From NCBI GenBank assembly GCA_052327205.1, contig CM126222.1:59396001-59460000 (forward strand): a stretch of DNA of 64,000 bases. The letters run 5' to 3'. A model generated the notes under the pieces. It was not told the origin of the DNA and ran no database searches. It saw only the letters and a list, made by a program, of their open reading frames with translations. Below, piece after piece: positions 61,989-64,000 of this stretch. A program made the translations under genes and the position numbers. How positions within the stretch are numbered: the first letter of the stretch is position 1; each line of letters begins with the position of its first letter. The DNA comes from Somniosus microcephalus. Its lineage: Eukaryota.

Positions 61989-64000
61989 CTAATCCCTGAT
62001 TGGATTGCAGCTTGCCGCTCCCTGCGGCAGGGCTGCGGTGACCTGTGGCTTGGGTTCCTCGCAGCCTTTTGCTGTCAACTGGGGACTGCGTTCTGCCAGG
62101 GGTTTCCCAAGTCTGCGTTTACTGAAGGTGGGGGAATCGGGCCAGGGCTTCCTTGGCTGGGGCGCTCGAGGCGACCTGCGAGGGGGTGCCTTTGGTGAGG
62201 CTCCCGTAGCGAGTAGACCTTCGGGTGGGACCTTGGCTCTCACAGCCCGTGGCTCATCCACGACTGCCGGCTTTGGCTCCCTTCCCTCAGGCTCTGCCCC
62301 CTTGGGATTTGGATCTGTGGCAGACAACTCCTCCTCACCTGTCCCTACAGGTGAAGGATCTCCGCCCCCAATTTCTACCTCCCCCAAACTTGAGTCGAAG
62401 GCGGGATCTCCGTCCTCTGACTCCACCTCCTCCAGAATCGTACCAAGGGCGTGGCCCAGCTGTTCGGGCTCCTCGGCTCCGATAGCGTTCGGATCAGGGG
62501 GAGGGCCTTGATCTTCGGGCTCCTCCTCATCCGAGTCCCAGGCCATAGGGGAAACCTCCCCCCAGGTGGGCGGGACAGCTTCTCCTTCCAAGCAGGCTAC
62601 AACGCCAGCCTGTGGGGTCTGTGACTTTTTGCACGCCTCAGGCTGAAGATTTTCACCCTCAGACCTGGCTTCGGTTGCTGGTACTCTTGCACCTGGCTTA
62701 AACAGTTTGCACTGATTGATGTGAAACCATTTAGTGTGCCGGGGCAACTTCACTGGATATACCATGGGGCTGGCCTTGTCTACAATGCTGTAGGGCCCCA
62801 TGTACAGTGGTTCTAAACTCCCTACTCGGGCATAGTTTCTCACCATGACCTGATCTCCAACTTCCCACTCATGTGCTTTTCGGGGTTCAAGCAGCAATCG
62901 GTTGCCCTGATGCTGCCTTCCCATGTTCCCAGCCGCTTGCCCATAAATCTGTTTCAGGCGCTCAAAGAGGGTTCGGGCAAACTTGTCCCGATTTACCTCT
63001 TGGAGCTGACCCTCAGTGAGCACCGGGGCTAGTACATGGGTGGGGGTTCGCATGACTCTCCCAGTCATTAATTTGTACGGGGAGTACCCCATACTTTTAG
63101 ACTGGCTATCCCGGATCCCCATGAGGACTAGGGGCAAGGCCTCCGCCTATTTCTGGGGCGAGTCCCTCATCTCCTTCCTCAGCTTTTCTTTTAGGGTGCG
63201 GTTCATGCGTTCCACAATCCCAGATGACTGTGGATTGTGGGCCACGTGCCACTTCCCTTCAATGCCTAAGAGCATGAGGGTGTCTTGCATCACTTGGCCA
63301 GTGAAATGAGCCCCTTGGTCAGACTCCACAAATCATGGTAGTCCCCACCGCGAGAACACCTCCCGGACCAAGATCCTGGCAGTACCAAGTGCCGTGGCTG
63401 TTCGGCATGGGAAGGCTTCTACCCACTTGGTGAACACATCCACCAGGACGAGGCAATACTTAAAACCTCCCTGGGCGGTGGGCAGTGGCCCGATGTAGTC
63501 GATCTGAATCGACTGCCATGGTCCCTCTACTCTCCTGATGTGTCCCAAAGGCACCTTCCTTTTCTGGGGGTCTGGGTTGTTCGCAGCGCACACTAGGCAA
63601 TTGGCGCAGAATTCACGGACATCGTCCCAAAGTCCCGGCCACCACCCCGCCTGTTCCACCCGTTGCCAAGTGACCTCAGGCCCGGGGTGTCCTGCTCCTG
63701 GACCTTCATGGGCCAGTTGAAGGAATTCCCTCTGGTGCTGCTGCGGCACAACCCACTGTTCCTTTCGGAACAGCATGCCTTCCTTGATGGAGAGGGCTGC
63801 TGTACCGTATGGACCCTCTACTTCCTTGCCCTCAGTGATGGCATTGAGGACTGTTTTTAGGGCGGGATCTAGGGTTTGGACGGTCTTGAGGTCTGGGGGC
63901 AGTGTTACCCCTGTGGTTCCCTGAGTCCCATCCCTGCCTCGGATTACTGCCATGGGTTTGGACCCATAGGGATCCCAGAAAATGCCGGTGCGGGCACCCT
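61989..64000 (-). pseudogene. pol: pol 3' part: RNase H end, integrase (HHCC, DDE, GPY/F) and long C-terminal extension
   Basis: AHEGPGAGH...CANCLVC; [25 protein letters not shown]; PLYMGPYSIV. Three track ORFs lie in one frame, separated by two stops (63333, 63147). Confidence 0.92.

Larger units (their letters stand above)
57606..64000 (-). mobile_element. Endogenous retrovirus-like element (lokiretrovirus-like), 3' half; continues beyond the window
   Basis: Order on the minus strand: end of RNase H - integrase - env - purine tract AGGGGTGAG - LTR (TGTA...TACA). Confidence 0.88.

Noticed and set aside
61329-62511. Plus-strand ORFs (192 aa, 168 aa) as antisense viral genes like HBZ
   Set aside because: No recognisable motifs. 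They are explained as shadows of the GC-rich env and pol codons on the opposite strand.
63147-63335. In-frame stops in pol as readthrough signals
   Set aside because: Both lie inside the integrase core at positions expected to be Arg (CGA to TGA) and Trp (TGG to TAG). These are ordinary inactivating transitions.

Overview
This is vertebrate genomic DNA, most likely from a cartilaginous fish. That is inferred from the SacSINE1/DeuSINE-like SINEs, CR1 LINEs with (TTCTATGA)n tails and many Harbinger-derived elements. The window appears to be the 5' part of a large + strand host gene that I cannot name: a CpG/NRF1/ETS promoter near 1.5 kb, candidate exons at 32.3, 50.4 and 55.2 kb, and long TE-filled introns. 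Main insertions: (1) a young, internally deleted BEL/Pao LTR retrotransposon (23665-29105, 5-bp TSD); (2) two solo LTRs of one family, each with a TSD; (3) about ten PIF/Harbinger relics and MITEs, two of which share a covarying multi-hairpin array; (4) the 3' half of a minus-strand endogenous retrovirus-like element (57606-64000). The ERV has an integrase with a long disordered tail, a 1.4-kb LTR, and an env that looks like a paramyxo/baculovirus F-type fusion protein (lokiretrovirus-like) with an apparent Ig-superfamily domain at its N-terminus. All family assignments come from motif recognition by eye; no database searches were run.
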